NCBI GenBank assembly: GCA_013239625.1
Contig: MU054049.1
Location: 2,297,892 to 2,361,891, forward strand
Length of the DNA: 64,000 bases
Direction of reading: 5' to 3'
Source of the DNA: Lama guanicoe
Lineage: Eukaryota
Positions 37,444-48,190 of the stretch are shown in pieces (positions within the stretch are counted from its first letter, which is position 1; each line of letters begins with the position of its first letter). A model generated the notes under the pieces. That model did not search any database and had not been told where the DNA came from. It saw nothing but the letters and a program-made list of their open reading frames with translations. Both the position numbers and the translations under genes were made by a program.

Positions 37444-37590
37444 CTGGATGGCAATGGGGACGATCTTGTTGGCCAGATTCTTGTACAGCAAGCAGATGGG
37501 TGCGGCCAGGAACTGCAGAGTGCACGGGTCTGTTTTGTTGGCATCGATGCCGTCCAGAAGCTCAAAATCCACGATGAAAATGTTCCCTTG
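37444..37590 (-). CDS. ALOX5: ALOX5 exon 7
   Basis: Encodes [49 protein letters not shown]; 147 nt, GT-AG. Confidence 0.96.
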
Positions 37591-37717
37591 CTGCAGGAGG
37601 CAAGAAGTATGTCCAGTCAGTTTCAGCCAGAGATGGACCCAAGAATCCAGCCCAGAGGGAGGGAGAGGTGGCTCTGGAGACCTGGCAACTCAGGGGCGTT
37701 CAGAACTTATAGTTCTT

Positions 37718-37936
37718 ATGGTGACTGTGGGGAAGGAGGTGGGAAGAGAAAAATTGGGAGTTTGAAAATTTTCTTCTGTATAGCACAGGGAACTATATTC
37801 AATATCTTATAGTAACCTATATAGAAAAAGAATATGAAAATAATTGTGTGCACGTATGTGTATGACTGAAACATTGTGCTGTACACCAGAAACTGACACA
37901 TTGTAACTGACTATACTTCAATAATAATTAAAAAAA
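37718..37936 (+). mobile_element. 5'-truncated L1 3'UTR insertion in ALOX5 intron 6
   Basis: Same family as the 3' end of the 6.9-kb L1 (tatagcacagggaactatattcaatatct...actgactatacttcaat, then polyA). 16-bp TSD agaactta(t/c)agt(t/c)ctt at 37702-37717 and 37937-37952. Confidence 0.85.
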
Positions 37937-38825
37937 AGAACTTACAGTCCTTTGTTCTCCAACTCAAGCTGATTTGTATCAAGGGTTTCCCCAGGTTGTG
38001 GTGGGTTTTAGGTATGGTGAAGGAATGGCAGTGGACACTTCTGTATCTGTGGTACCTGAAGCCTCCCTGACCCTCACGAAAGATGCTGAAAAGCCACCCA
38101 GAGTGACAGTTTAAGAAGAAAGCAGACAGAATTTGGATGAAATAGATACGAGAACTCAAATACCAAACAGTGATGCTGCAGGGACTCCCTTTACACAGAG
38201 TTCAAAGCTGGGCAAACTCCAGCGTCAGTCAGGACAAGAGTCACCCTTGGGAGGAGAGACGGAAAGGGGGCAGGTCTGGAGGGGTGGGAGGTTCTGCAGG
38301 GGGGTCTGCGGGGCAGGCATCCACAGGGTTGCAAGGGGGTCTTCAGGGCGGAGGGGAGGTTTTAGGAGGTGGGTCTTCAGAGGTGAGGAGGTTTAAAAGG
38401 GCAGGGGGAGTATGCAGGGATTGGAGGTGTCTAGGGGGTGGGGCGTGCTGTGTCCTGGTCTGAAGCTGGCGGCACAGAAGGGGCACCTGGTGCGAATTCA
38501 TTGAGCTTGCTACCACTCCTGATTCAGGCCCTTTTCGATAGTTGTTATACTTCAGTACCAAGTGGCTGCACCTGGGATTTGAGGAAGGCAGAAAGTGGTC
38601 CTTCAAAGATGACACCTGAGTGCCCCAGAGGGAGCCTGACCTCAGCGCGGCGAGGGCTCCTTTCACAGGGCGGGGGCCTGCTCAGGCCGGAACCTGAAGA
38701 GCTCAGGAGAGGACAGGCTCCTCTTCTTCTAAAGCCTTATTATTCTAAAGCGAATAATGGAGGCAGGGGTTGAGGTCTGGCTGGGGAAGAGGGCCGGGGT
38801 CTACAATATGCTAGAAACCGGTCAA

Positions 38826-38896
38826 CACGTGCACCAGTGAGTCGCGTGTCCACCATTCCGCCAACAGAGGGCGTGCTGTGGCCAATGCGCATGTGC
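38826..38896. promoter_or_regulatory. Intronic motif cluster (E-box, CTCF-like, CCAAT, NRF1-like)
   Basis: cacgtg at 38826, gccaacagagggcgt at ~38860, ggccaatg at 38880 and tgcgcatgtgc at 38886, all within a CpG-enriched stretch. Confidence 0.4.
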
Positions 38897-39459
38897 TTCA
38901 AGAGATCTTAAGAGGCCCAAAGACACGAGAGAAGCTGAAATCCTGGCCACCATCTTCCTCCTTTTCAGATGCGGAGGACCCTGGCGTTGTCTGACCCCAG
39001 TGATGAACTCTGAGCGTTCTGCCTGAGATGCGTGCAGCGCAGAGGGAGGGTGGGGAGAGGCTGGTCCCAGGAAAGTGGGTGACAGGGCCCCTTTGGACAC
39101 CTTGACAAGAAGGTGGAGGCTCCGGGCTGGTGGGTCACAGGGCTGGTTGTGCTTCCGTGATGGGCTGGACAACTGGACTTTGGGAGCAGAAGTAGCCATC
39201 AGTGACCACTGTGCAGAAGGAATGGCTGCCCATCTCATCTTGAGAGGACCTAGATTAGTTAATGTGATGAATGACAGGCCCAAGGGATACCCTGGGAACC
39301 CAGGCCTGGGCCTTGCTCCTGCCTATGGGGTATTTCTGTTATTCCAGGCTACCTCCTTTCTATGGACCTCAGTTTTATCCTTCTGGAAAGTGAGAGGGCC
39401 AGCCCCATCTCTCAGTTCTGATATTCCAGGATTCCGTAGAAGATGTTGGTGGTCTTGCT

Positions 39460-39865
39460 TGTCTGGTATCCCTGCCCTCTCCTGGTCAGCATGCTCCATT
39501 CTCCTGGCCATGGTGATCGGTTCAGGGAATTATCTCACAGCTCAAGCTGGGCCCATGACGCTTGCTGGGACTGTTGGGAAATACAGACTTTCTTTCTGGG
39601 AGTGGGCAGTGTTTGCTCAAATGGTGAGAGGTAGGTCTGAAGCTGTCAGCGGTCATCTCTATGTCCACATAAAGGACATCCTCCTAAGAAAACATCCAAC
39701 AGAGGCAGAGAACTGAGACACGGAGGAACGATGCCAATGGATTATCTGAACCTTGGGCCCAGCTATGCCTGAGCTAGTTCCCTCGGCTTCTTGCTGTTGC
39801 CTCAACCAATGCATTTCTTAGACAGAGCTGATTATTGTGACTTGAAACCACAAACTCCTAATATA
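39460..39865. mobile_element. MLT1-type LTR remnant
   Basis: Contains cccagctatgcctgagctag and terminal tgtgacttgaaaccacaaactcctaata motifs. Confidence 0.5.
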
Positions 39866-40982
39866 AAGTCTAAGAACTAAAACACTCTTGAAGACTTGTG
39901 ACAATGAATCAAAACCAACAATAGGGGTAGGATTTCTCTATTTATGTTGCAGAAAAATAATTGCCTGGGTAAAGATTTTTTTTAAAAAAGTAGTTTTCAT
40001 AGGCCACAAAATCATAAGATGCTGCCAAAGAAAGAGAGCATGAATGACCGTGGGAATTAAGAGCTGTTCTGTAGGAGGAGTGATGTACACGTAAGGGATG
40101 GGGTTGTGTACGTACCACTCCAGTCAGTGGTGGCTCCTGCATTATTGCTTCACCACCAAAACCATCAAGACCATCACTCAATGGAAAGATGACCATTGTG
40201 GTGACAAGGAGTCCTGAGTGGAGGCCGCCCCCCTGTCAGGGTGGCTGGCTGCACAGTTGCTCAGTCCCTTCCACTTCTAGGATTCCCTGGCCTTTAAGGT
40301 TTATGAATCTCTGATTTGAAGCCTGAATCCATGTTACTACATCCAGCAATTAACTCTACAGAGGAGAGCGCTGCTGCCCTCGGTGAAGTGGCCTCTTCCT
40401 TTCCCTGAGCATTTATGGAAACTGTCTTGTCCCACGTCGGTGAAGCAATTGAGTGTGATATTTCTCCATGATGCTCAGGTTATTTTCAATAGCAACAGCA
40501 TAATTAAAAGAGCTCCCTCTAACTAGGGGCCGGTTGTGGGCCAGGCATCGTGAGAGGTGCTTTCCACACACGACCATCAATTGTTACCCACCCGGCAAAG
40601 ATGAAGAAATTGGAGAAGCAAGTCTTACATCAGAACAAAAAAAAAGGGAGAAAACTGATGGCACTTTGGACTTTCTAACTAGAAGTGTCGGTCACCTGTA
40701 TCTGCCCTCAGCCATCCCCAGCCTTCTCCTGCCCTCATGGGCAGGGTCAGTTCTAGAACTAACCTTGTCTTGAGACAGAAAGGGTTCACACCGCCTCCTC
40801 TGGTGGGAAGATGTCAGGCACCTTCCATGCTGCGGGGCCAGAGGCCCTGGGAATGTCTCTTAGTCTCCTGTCAGTCGTCTCCTTCCCACTAGAGCCAGGA
40901 TGACCGGGCCCCCTGCCACCTGCCCCCAGAGGTCTTTGTGACCTTCTGCTGTTTCCATTTCCCATCTTGCTTGCTCAGTTCA

Positions 40983-41125
40983 CCTTGGATATGACCCCAA
41001 AAGCACAGGACAACAATGGTGAAAATAAACAAACGGGACTACATCAAACTGTTTCATCAAAATGTTCCTGCACAGCAAAGGAAACAAACAACAGAGTGAA
41101 AAGATGACCCACAGAATAGGAGAGG
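40983..41125 (+). mobile_element. L1 ORF2 fragment
   Basis: cttggatatgaccccaaaagcacagg...gggactacatcaaact...cacagcaaaggaaac...aacagagtgaaaag. Confidence 0.7.
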
Positions 41126-41290
41126 GCAGCCGATTGTGCCACAAGCCAGACAGCTGAGCCTGGAGATGGCTGCCTGGGGAGCTGGCGAGCACCAGCCAGC
41201 AGAAGGTGGCTTCTGCCAGACAGAGTGTGACTCGGCCATCGGAGCTGGGCCTCCCGCCCAGGCCACCGTCTCCAGCCAACCAGGTCCTAC

Positions 41291-41463
41291 CTCGACCTCC
41301 TGCTCCAGGGTGAGCTGCCGCTCCAGGCTGCACTCCACCATCTCTGTGGTCACCGGCAGCTTCTCAGGCAGCTTCCTGCAGCGCTGGATCAACACGGGGT
41401 TGCAGCCATTCAGGAACTGGTAGCCAAACATGACGTCTTCCTGCCAGTGGTTCATGACCCGCT
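41291..41463 (-). CDS. ALOX5: ALOX5 exon 6
   Basis: Encodes [57 protein letters not shown]. Junctions cag|ag ... gag|gtagga; 173 nt. Confidence 0.96.
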
Positions 41464-41704
41464 CTGTGGGGGGCAGGACAGCAGCTCAGCGGGGTTCGAG
41501 CCACATGGAGGCCCTCCTGACACCAGCCGAGGGCCAGAGTCCTTGTGGGTCCCTCTTCCAGGCACTCACTGGATGGCCCACCACGCCCAACTGCTTGACC
41601 ACTAGGTCACCACCCCATCCTCCCTGAGCTGGCCCTTAGTAGCTCAGAAGGTTCCCAGGGTACCCCTTTCTCAAGTATAAAAACAAAAATACAATTACTT
41701 CTCA

Positions 41705-42702
41705 AGTAGGAGAAACAGATGGCATTGCATCAAACTAGTAAAAGTTTCTGGACAGCAAAGGAAACAATCAACAGAGTGAGAAGGCAACCTAATGAATAGG
41801 AGAGAACATTTGCAAACCATCTATCTGATAAAGGGTTAATCTCCAAAACATAAAAGGAACTCCTACAACTCAGTAACAAAAACACCAATAACTCAACTGA
41901 ACGATGAGCAAAGGATTTGAACAGACATGTCTCTGAAGAAGACATACAAATGGCCAGCAGGTAGGTGAAAAACTGCTCATCATCACTCATCAATGGGGAA
42001 ATGCAAATCAAAACCACAATGAGATGCCACCTCACACCTGTCAGGATGCTATTATTATTATTAAAAAAAAAGACAACAAATACTGGTGAGGCTGTGGGGA
42101 AGTTGCAGCCCTTGTGCTCTGTTGGGGGGAATGCAAGATGTGCAGCCACTAGGCAAAACCGTGTGGAGGTTCCTCAAAAAGTTAAAAATAGAGCCTACCA
42201 CATGATCCAGCAATCCCCTTGGATATTTACCCCAAAGAATTGAAATCAGGGTCTTGAAGAGATATCTGCACTCCTGTGTTCACTGCAGAACAATTTGTAA
42301 CAGCCAAGATGTGGAAACTACTTAATACTCATCTACAGAGGGATGAAGAAAGGCAATGTGGTGCATACATACGATGGAATACTATACAGCCTTGAAAAAG
42401 AAGGCAGTTATGCAGTAAGTAACAACATGGATGAAGCTGGGGGATCTGATTGTAAGTGAAATAAGCATCTGTGTCCTTCGGTCACAGAAGGACAAATACT
42501 GCATGACTCCACTTAGATGTGGAATCTAAATTAGTCAAACTTATAGAATCAAAGAGCAGCAGAGCATGGTGGTTGCTAGAGGCTGGGGGGAGGGAGAGTG
42601 AAGAGTTACTAATCCATGAGCATGAAGTTTTGGTGAAGCAGCAGGAGTAAGTTCTAGAGATCTGCTGTACAACACTGTGCCTGTAGGGAAAAAAAAAAAA
42701 AG
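41705..42702 (+). mobile_element. L1 (L1MA/MB-type) ORF2 3' end and 3'UTR with polyA, in ALOX5 intron 5
   Basis: Peptide fragment [17 protein letters not shown]; 3'UTR ttctagagatctgctgtacaac; polyA near 42690-42701. Confidence 0.85.
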
Positions 42703-43202
42703 AACCCAGGTCCTTGTGCTCAGGAAACAGGGGCCCAGGATGAGGGGCGAGGAGTTTGCAAAGACTCCCATGCTTGTTTCCTTACTGTCTCTTCATCTTT
42801 CTGTTGCTGTTTGGTTCTTCCCATGCCATCCGTGGCAATTACGACATCCCTGCCCTACCAAACATATCCTAGTCCAAAGGAACCCATTGTTGCTTTCATG
42901 CAAATGCTCAAAAAACAAGCTAACTTTTGCCTTTCTTCTGTTTAGAAGCATCATAAATGTCTAATTTGTAAAGAAGAAGTTCTGATACTTTCGAGACTTT
43001 CAATGGTGAAATGAGGCTGAGGGTGCTCAGCCTTGAACGGCCAATGAAGGGAAAGCTCTGGCTTTGAGGGTGATGGCCAGTGGAGCGCGTGGCGCGGGTG
43101 CTGGCGGGGCCAGCCTGAGAGACGGGGAGGCCCTGCGCTGGAGCAGGTGGTGCAGCCCTTTCCTGTCCCCAGCACCACGAGAGCCCCCACAGGCACACTC
43201 AC

Positions 43203-43309
43203 CGGAAATAGTGTTGCTGATCTTGACGAAGATCTTCTCAAAGTCGGCGAAGTCGTTCCAGGAGGACTGGAACATGTGCATGAAGCGGTTGATAAACAGG
43301 TTCTCCATC
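43203..43309 (-). CDS. ALOX5: ALOX5 exon 5
   Basis: Encodes [35 protein letters not shown]. Junctions tag|g ... g|gtgagt; 107 nt. Confidence 0.96.
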
Positions 43310-45850
43310 CTACGGACCGAGACATGCCAGTCCCTCAGGCACCCGCTCTGGCCTCGCCTCCCCCTGCCAAGCCCCTTCATGTGCCCCGCTCTCATGGGGC
43401 ATCTAGACACCCCCAGGGCAGCAGAGACTGGACCCAGGGCAGCTCCAAGGGGGCAGCTGACTGGCCTTGTGAAACCAGGATGGAAACTGGCCCCTACACC
43501 CATGCTCTTCCTCCTGCACCTCCCCTAAGGCCAGGACCAGCTGCCTGCCCTCGACAGCAGTCTGCAGTGCTCTGCTCCCATTCAGGCCTGCTCTGGTCCA
43601 TGCCTTCATTCATTCATTCATTCACTCATTCAGCCTTCAAACTTTTGCTGCCGCCACTCGGTGCAAGTTTCCAGGGATAAAGCGCTGTCTCTCCTAGGCA
43701 GCTGCCCTCTGGGGTCTGCTGGATTTGGGGGGATGAGCCATTCACTGGCGTCTGACCCTCATTTACTTTCTGTCTGATCCTGGCTCTATACCTGGGGCTG
43801 AGGAGGACACAGGTGCCACTCATTACACAGGAAAGCAAAATAACCCACGACAGGAACTTGGTAAATTCAAAACGTGGGCAAAGGGCAATAAGGCGTGAGA
43901 TCTGAGTGGCCTGAGCAACCCCGGGGGCTTCCAGGAGAAGGCAAGTGTGGGATGGGTCTGGAAAAGGTGGAGAAGAGGGGGAGGCTTGCCAGGCTTCCCT
44001 CCATAACCCAAGCAAGGCACAGGACAGAGGTGTGGGAATCCCGGCCAGTGCTTCCCAGGATGGCCTCTGCCTCAGTTTCCCTCTCTGGCACACACACAGC
44101 TGAGTGGCGAGAGGTCTACTGGTTGCTCCCCACATCATGGCTACTGCCCACTCCTCCAGGGTTCAGGCCTCCCACCGCCTCTGTCTCTTGTATGCCCCGA
44201 CTTGTATGTCCCTCCATCAGGGCCCCTCTGGGCCCCTCTTTCTTCTCCTCCTGAGCATACGCGGTGAGTGCCTCTGGAGGGCTTGCTAGTGAGCCCCACT
44301 CCCCCTTTCATCTCACGAAGCCACCCCTTTCCCTGACCAGGCTGGGCCCTGGGATGTCACCTCTGCAGTGCTGATGGCAGATTAAATACAAACACATTTA
44401 CATGAATGCCTGTCCGCTACCCGAGCACCAGGAGGGCAAAGGCAGGTCTGCAGGGCTCCACAAGGCCCAGGCCTCCGCACACTGGAAGACTCAGGCAGCA
44501 TCGCCAATGACTGAGAAGGGTGGTTGGGGCCTGGCTCCTCCAGTGGGATGAACCCCCTGCCCACCCACCTTCCAAGGATGCTTCCTGAGGAAGCAGCCCT
44601 AATACTGAGGGCCCCGCGCCCTCCTTGCAGTCACTCCTGGGACAGCAGGCTGGCGGAGGTCTGAGCATTGTCACGGGAAGGTTTGGGAGCCCCGAAGCCT
44701 CCTCACACCTTCCCTGGCTCAGCAGAGTCAAAGGACTAAGGTTCGGGTGTTTTGTCTGGAGTCAGCCTGGCTGATGGGGACAGGGGGGCTCTGTCCAGCA
44801 TCCCAAGGGAGCCACCTGTGAGCACGCATGAGGGCAGCAAGTCTGAGTGACCCCAGGCAGGAACTCAGCAGACAGCAGGAGACGGGAAAGTCACCTGAGG
44901 CAGAAAATGACACGCCTGCCCGAAGACCCCTCTTCCAGTCCTGCCTCAGTTTAGCACATGCTTCTCTCCTTTGTACTGGCTGTGCTCGGACCCCTGGGAG
45001 CCCACACTGCTGGAAAGGAGGTTGCTGGGGCCACAAGGCAGGGGACCTCTTGTGCGTTGGAGGAACCAGCTGCCAACAGGTTACTGAGATGCTGTAAAGC
45101 CTGGAAGGTGCCGGAGCACAGCCTGGGCCGTAGGGGCCGCACACAGTAGGTGCTCAGTGTCGTCCTGGCTGTGGCGTTACCGTCATCACTTTTATCCCAG
45201 CCCCTCAGGGAAAGGAAGAGCTTTTACACACATGCTTGCTTGATACACATGCTTCTCGCGGCTTCACTACTGCTTGCAGGCTGTGGACCAGGATGCCCCC
45301 TGCTAACCATCCACCCAGCATCCCAGCCCTCCTCCACCACCCCTCCACCTCCCTTGTTAGCCGAGTGTCCTGGGACAGAAACCCTTGTTAAGGCGGAGGA
45401 GTAAACCTCACTGTGACCTCTAGTGTCTGGGGATGGAAAAGGACTTACTCCTGGGAGAGGAGAGGCCTTCCCAGGCCTGTACAATCGTCATGGCCCTGAG
45501 GAAGGCCCGGCACTGGGTGATGCTCAGGAAAGAGGGGCTGGACCCCGGGGCTTCTTGTGGGGAACTGGGAGTGAGTCACAGCCCCACGTGGGTCACCATC
45601 TCCCCAGATGGGTTTCTCTGACCTCAAAACAGAGTCTGGCACTGGAAGCGGGGTGGAGTGTGGCTGTCCTCAGAGGAAGCCACAGATCCAGGAAGAAGTG
45701 GTGTTAGGAGGAAAATATTTGCAAGTCATCTAGAGGCAAAACATTGCTACATATTTAGAGATATGAGTGGAACACTAGGGACTTTCAAAGATCTGTTATC
45801 ACCCAGAGAGGAACCTGCGGCCAGAGAAGGCGCCTGGCTCGTTTGAGGTC

Positions 45851-45929
45851 ACACAGCCAGGAAACAACACGGCCAGGTAAAGGCACGGCCAGGTAAAAAC
45901 AGAACCAGGTAGACACAGCCAGGCAGAAG
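45851..45929. repeat. Degenerate ~16-bp tandem repeat x5 (acacggccaggtaaa-like)
   Basis: Recurring ca(c)..ccagg core at 14-16 nt spacing. Confidence 0.7.
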
Positions 45930-47984
45930 CCCACACTGAGCTGCCGGCCTGGGCCGGGCCCCGGCTGGGTCCTGTGCTGGCAGAAGCAGGAGCTCCCGCT
46001 TCCTCTGCCTCCCCGGCCCCTTCCCTTCTTCTAACAGCTCCTCCATTTCCCATGTCATGGTTCTGCTCTCTGGGGTGGGGGCAAAGCTTACTGAGCAGGG
46101 GCAGCCTCGGTCCAGGCAGAGCACGCGGCTTGGAGGAACTCACCAGAGTTACCCAGAAGCGGCGCGGAAACTGAGCTGCCCGGGGGCAGAGTTCAAGGGC
46201 GAAAGCCTCTGGTGACCTCAGCCCCGAGTGTCAGCATCCCACAGGCAGCCTGGGTGTAGCTAAGGGCAGAGTGGCACCTGGAGGGACGCAGGCCAGGCCC
46301 TGGATCTGGGCTTTCCCTATCAGGGAGCTTCTGTGTATAAAGGCTGCTGGGTGCCGAGTGGGTGTCGTTTCCCCATCAGATCACTAGGGGGCTGGACCAG
46401 AGGTGTCAGAGCCCCCAGCTCCTATGCTGGGGTCTGGACCCAAGAATCTTGGATGGATCTGGGAGTCCACACGCAGGCCCAGGCGAAGGCCAGAGGGCAG
46501 CTGAGATGGATGCAGGTCAGCACAGAGTAGTAAGGGCCTGGCCTCAGATCCCAGCCCCGTCTCTTCCCAGCCTCATGGGCTTAGGCAAATCCCTAACCTT
46601 CTGTGCCTCGGTTTCTTCATCCACAAAATGGGCACAGTGATTGCCCCTGTCTCACAGGACTGACATGATATATAAAGCATCAGTACATTAGATGAGTTCA
46701 ACAGATACCAGTGAATGATCACTTACTGTTCCTACTGAAGTCTGTGGCCTTGGGCCGTGGTGTTCTGGGGGCACCAGTGGACAAGTTCATAATCCAGGCC
46801 ACCCCACAGCACTTTGTCCTCTCCTTCCCGGGGTCCTTCTGTCTAATTCACTTCTCTTTCCTCCTTCACACTCAATTCACCAAAGAATCTTTACCTACTG
46901 GTTCCTGTTTAGTTCCTTTCCTCTCTGCCCCCATTAAGTGCTAGGGCACTGGTGACATCCTAGTGGCTGCGTTCAAAGGGTCAGCTCTAAACTCCCCTGA
47001 TCTCTCTGAAGCATCTGACAAACAACCCCTTTCTCCTTGACCCTAAAATGCCAAGCCCCTTGGGCCTCATCCCTGCTTCAAACCCCATGGTCCTGCACCC
47101 CCACCCCTCCCCAGAAAAGGCTGGGATCCTTGCCCAGTCCCCTGCATTGGCAGCCTCAGCCCCACTTCCCTACACGGGTCCCCACTCTGGTCCTTGTGTA
47201 TCACAGCATTCTCACTGCCCTGAATGCCATCCCCTCCACTCAGCATGGTGAACTCCTATGCATCCTTCAAGACCCAAGTTGGGCTTCTCTCTTAGAAAGC
47301 TTTTTTTCTGATGCTGTCTTCTCAGAGCTTCCTCCCTGCCTCAAGTTTTCCCAGTGCTCCTTTCCCAAGGAATATCTCCCAAATTCTAATATAATGAAGT
47401 GTCCATAGCTCAGTACCCCCTAGGCGTGAACTTCTTGGAGATGGGACCAAGGGACCACTTCCGATTCATCTTAGGCTCCTACCTCCTGGGAGTTCAATAA
47501 GCATTTGTCAAAGGATGAGCAGCAGGTAGCCTCCTCTGGGCCGATTCCTGGGGTGGGGGTGGGTGGCGGCGGGTAGGACACCCCGAAGAGCCAACAAACA
47601 GGCTGTGACTGAGCCTGAGAAGGCAACTCCCTGGCTGGTCTCCTTCCTCGGGTTCAGGAATGAGAAGAAAGTCCTCTCAAGCACCCAGCTCGGAGTTACT
47701 AGAGGGCACTCACCCACGGTGTGCACTGCCTACGTTAGTTCATTTAAATCTCATAACAATTCTAGCAGTGAGGCAGCAACAGCCTCATTTTTAAAGAAGA
47801 AACTGGGTCAGAAAATTTAAATAACTCTCCCAAGATGGCGCAGCCAGAGTCTGAAACAACCGCAGGTGACCAGGCTCTACCTAAGGCGACCTCTTGCTTC
47901 CGAAGGGTACTCAGAGATGAGTGGATACCTGTTGCTAGAATTTTAATAGATTAGTAGATTTTTTTTCCCCAGGAAAGCAAAGTA

Positions 47985-48190
47985 TCACCTGGCTACTCTG
48001 AGTATGGTCCATGGACTGACGGCACCAGCACCCCCACACCCCCAGGACCTTATTAGAAATGCAGATTCTCAGGCGCCACTTCAGACCCCCAACCCTGAAT
48101 CAGAAACTCTGGGGGTGGGTTCACAAGTCTGGATTTTAACAGGCCATCTAGGGGATTCTGATGCAAGCTATAATCTGAGGACCACTGCTG
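47985..48190. mobile_element. MER5A-like hAT MITE
   Basis: ttagaaatgcagattctcaggc...ctgaatcagaaactctgggggtggg...gattctgatgc...tgaggaccactg. Confidence 0.8.

Noticed and set aside
39075..39716. 213-aa + strand ORF, and similar ORFs such as 48629-49318 and 37177-37812
   Set aside because: No homology recognised; they overlap LTR/L2 remnants or lie antisense to ALOX5 exons in GC-rich DNA.
45851..45929. Spaced short repeats as a CRISPR-like array
   Set aside because: Eukaryotic DNA; the units are short, adjacent and degenerate with no unique spacers, i.e. an ordinary minisatellite.
46970..46983. Nuclear-receptor-like half sites (cgttca aa gggtca) in ALOX5 intron 4, where a vitamin D response element is reported in human
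   Set aside because: Imperfect first half site and DR2 rather than DR3 spacing; cannot be distinguished from chance without alignment.
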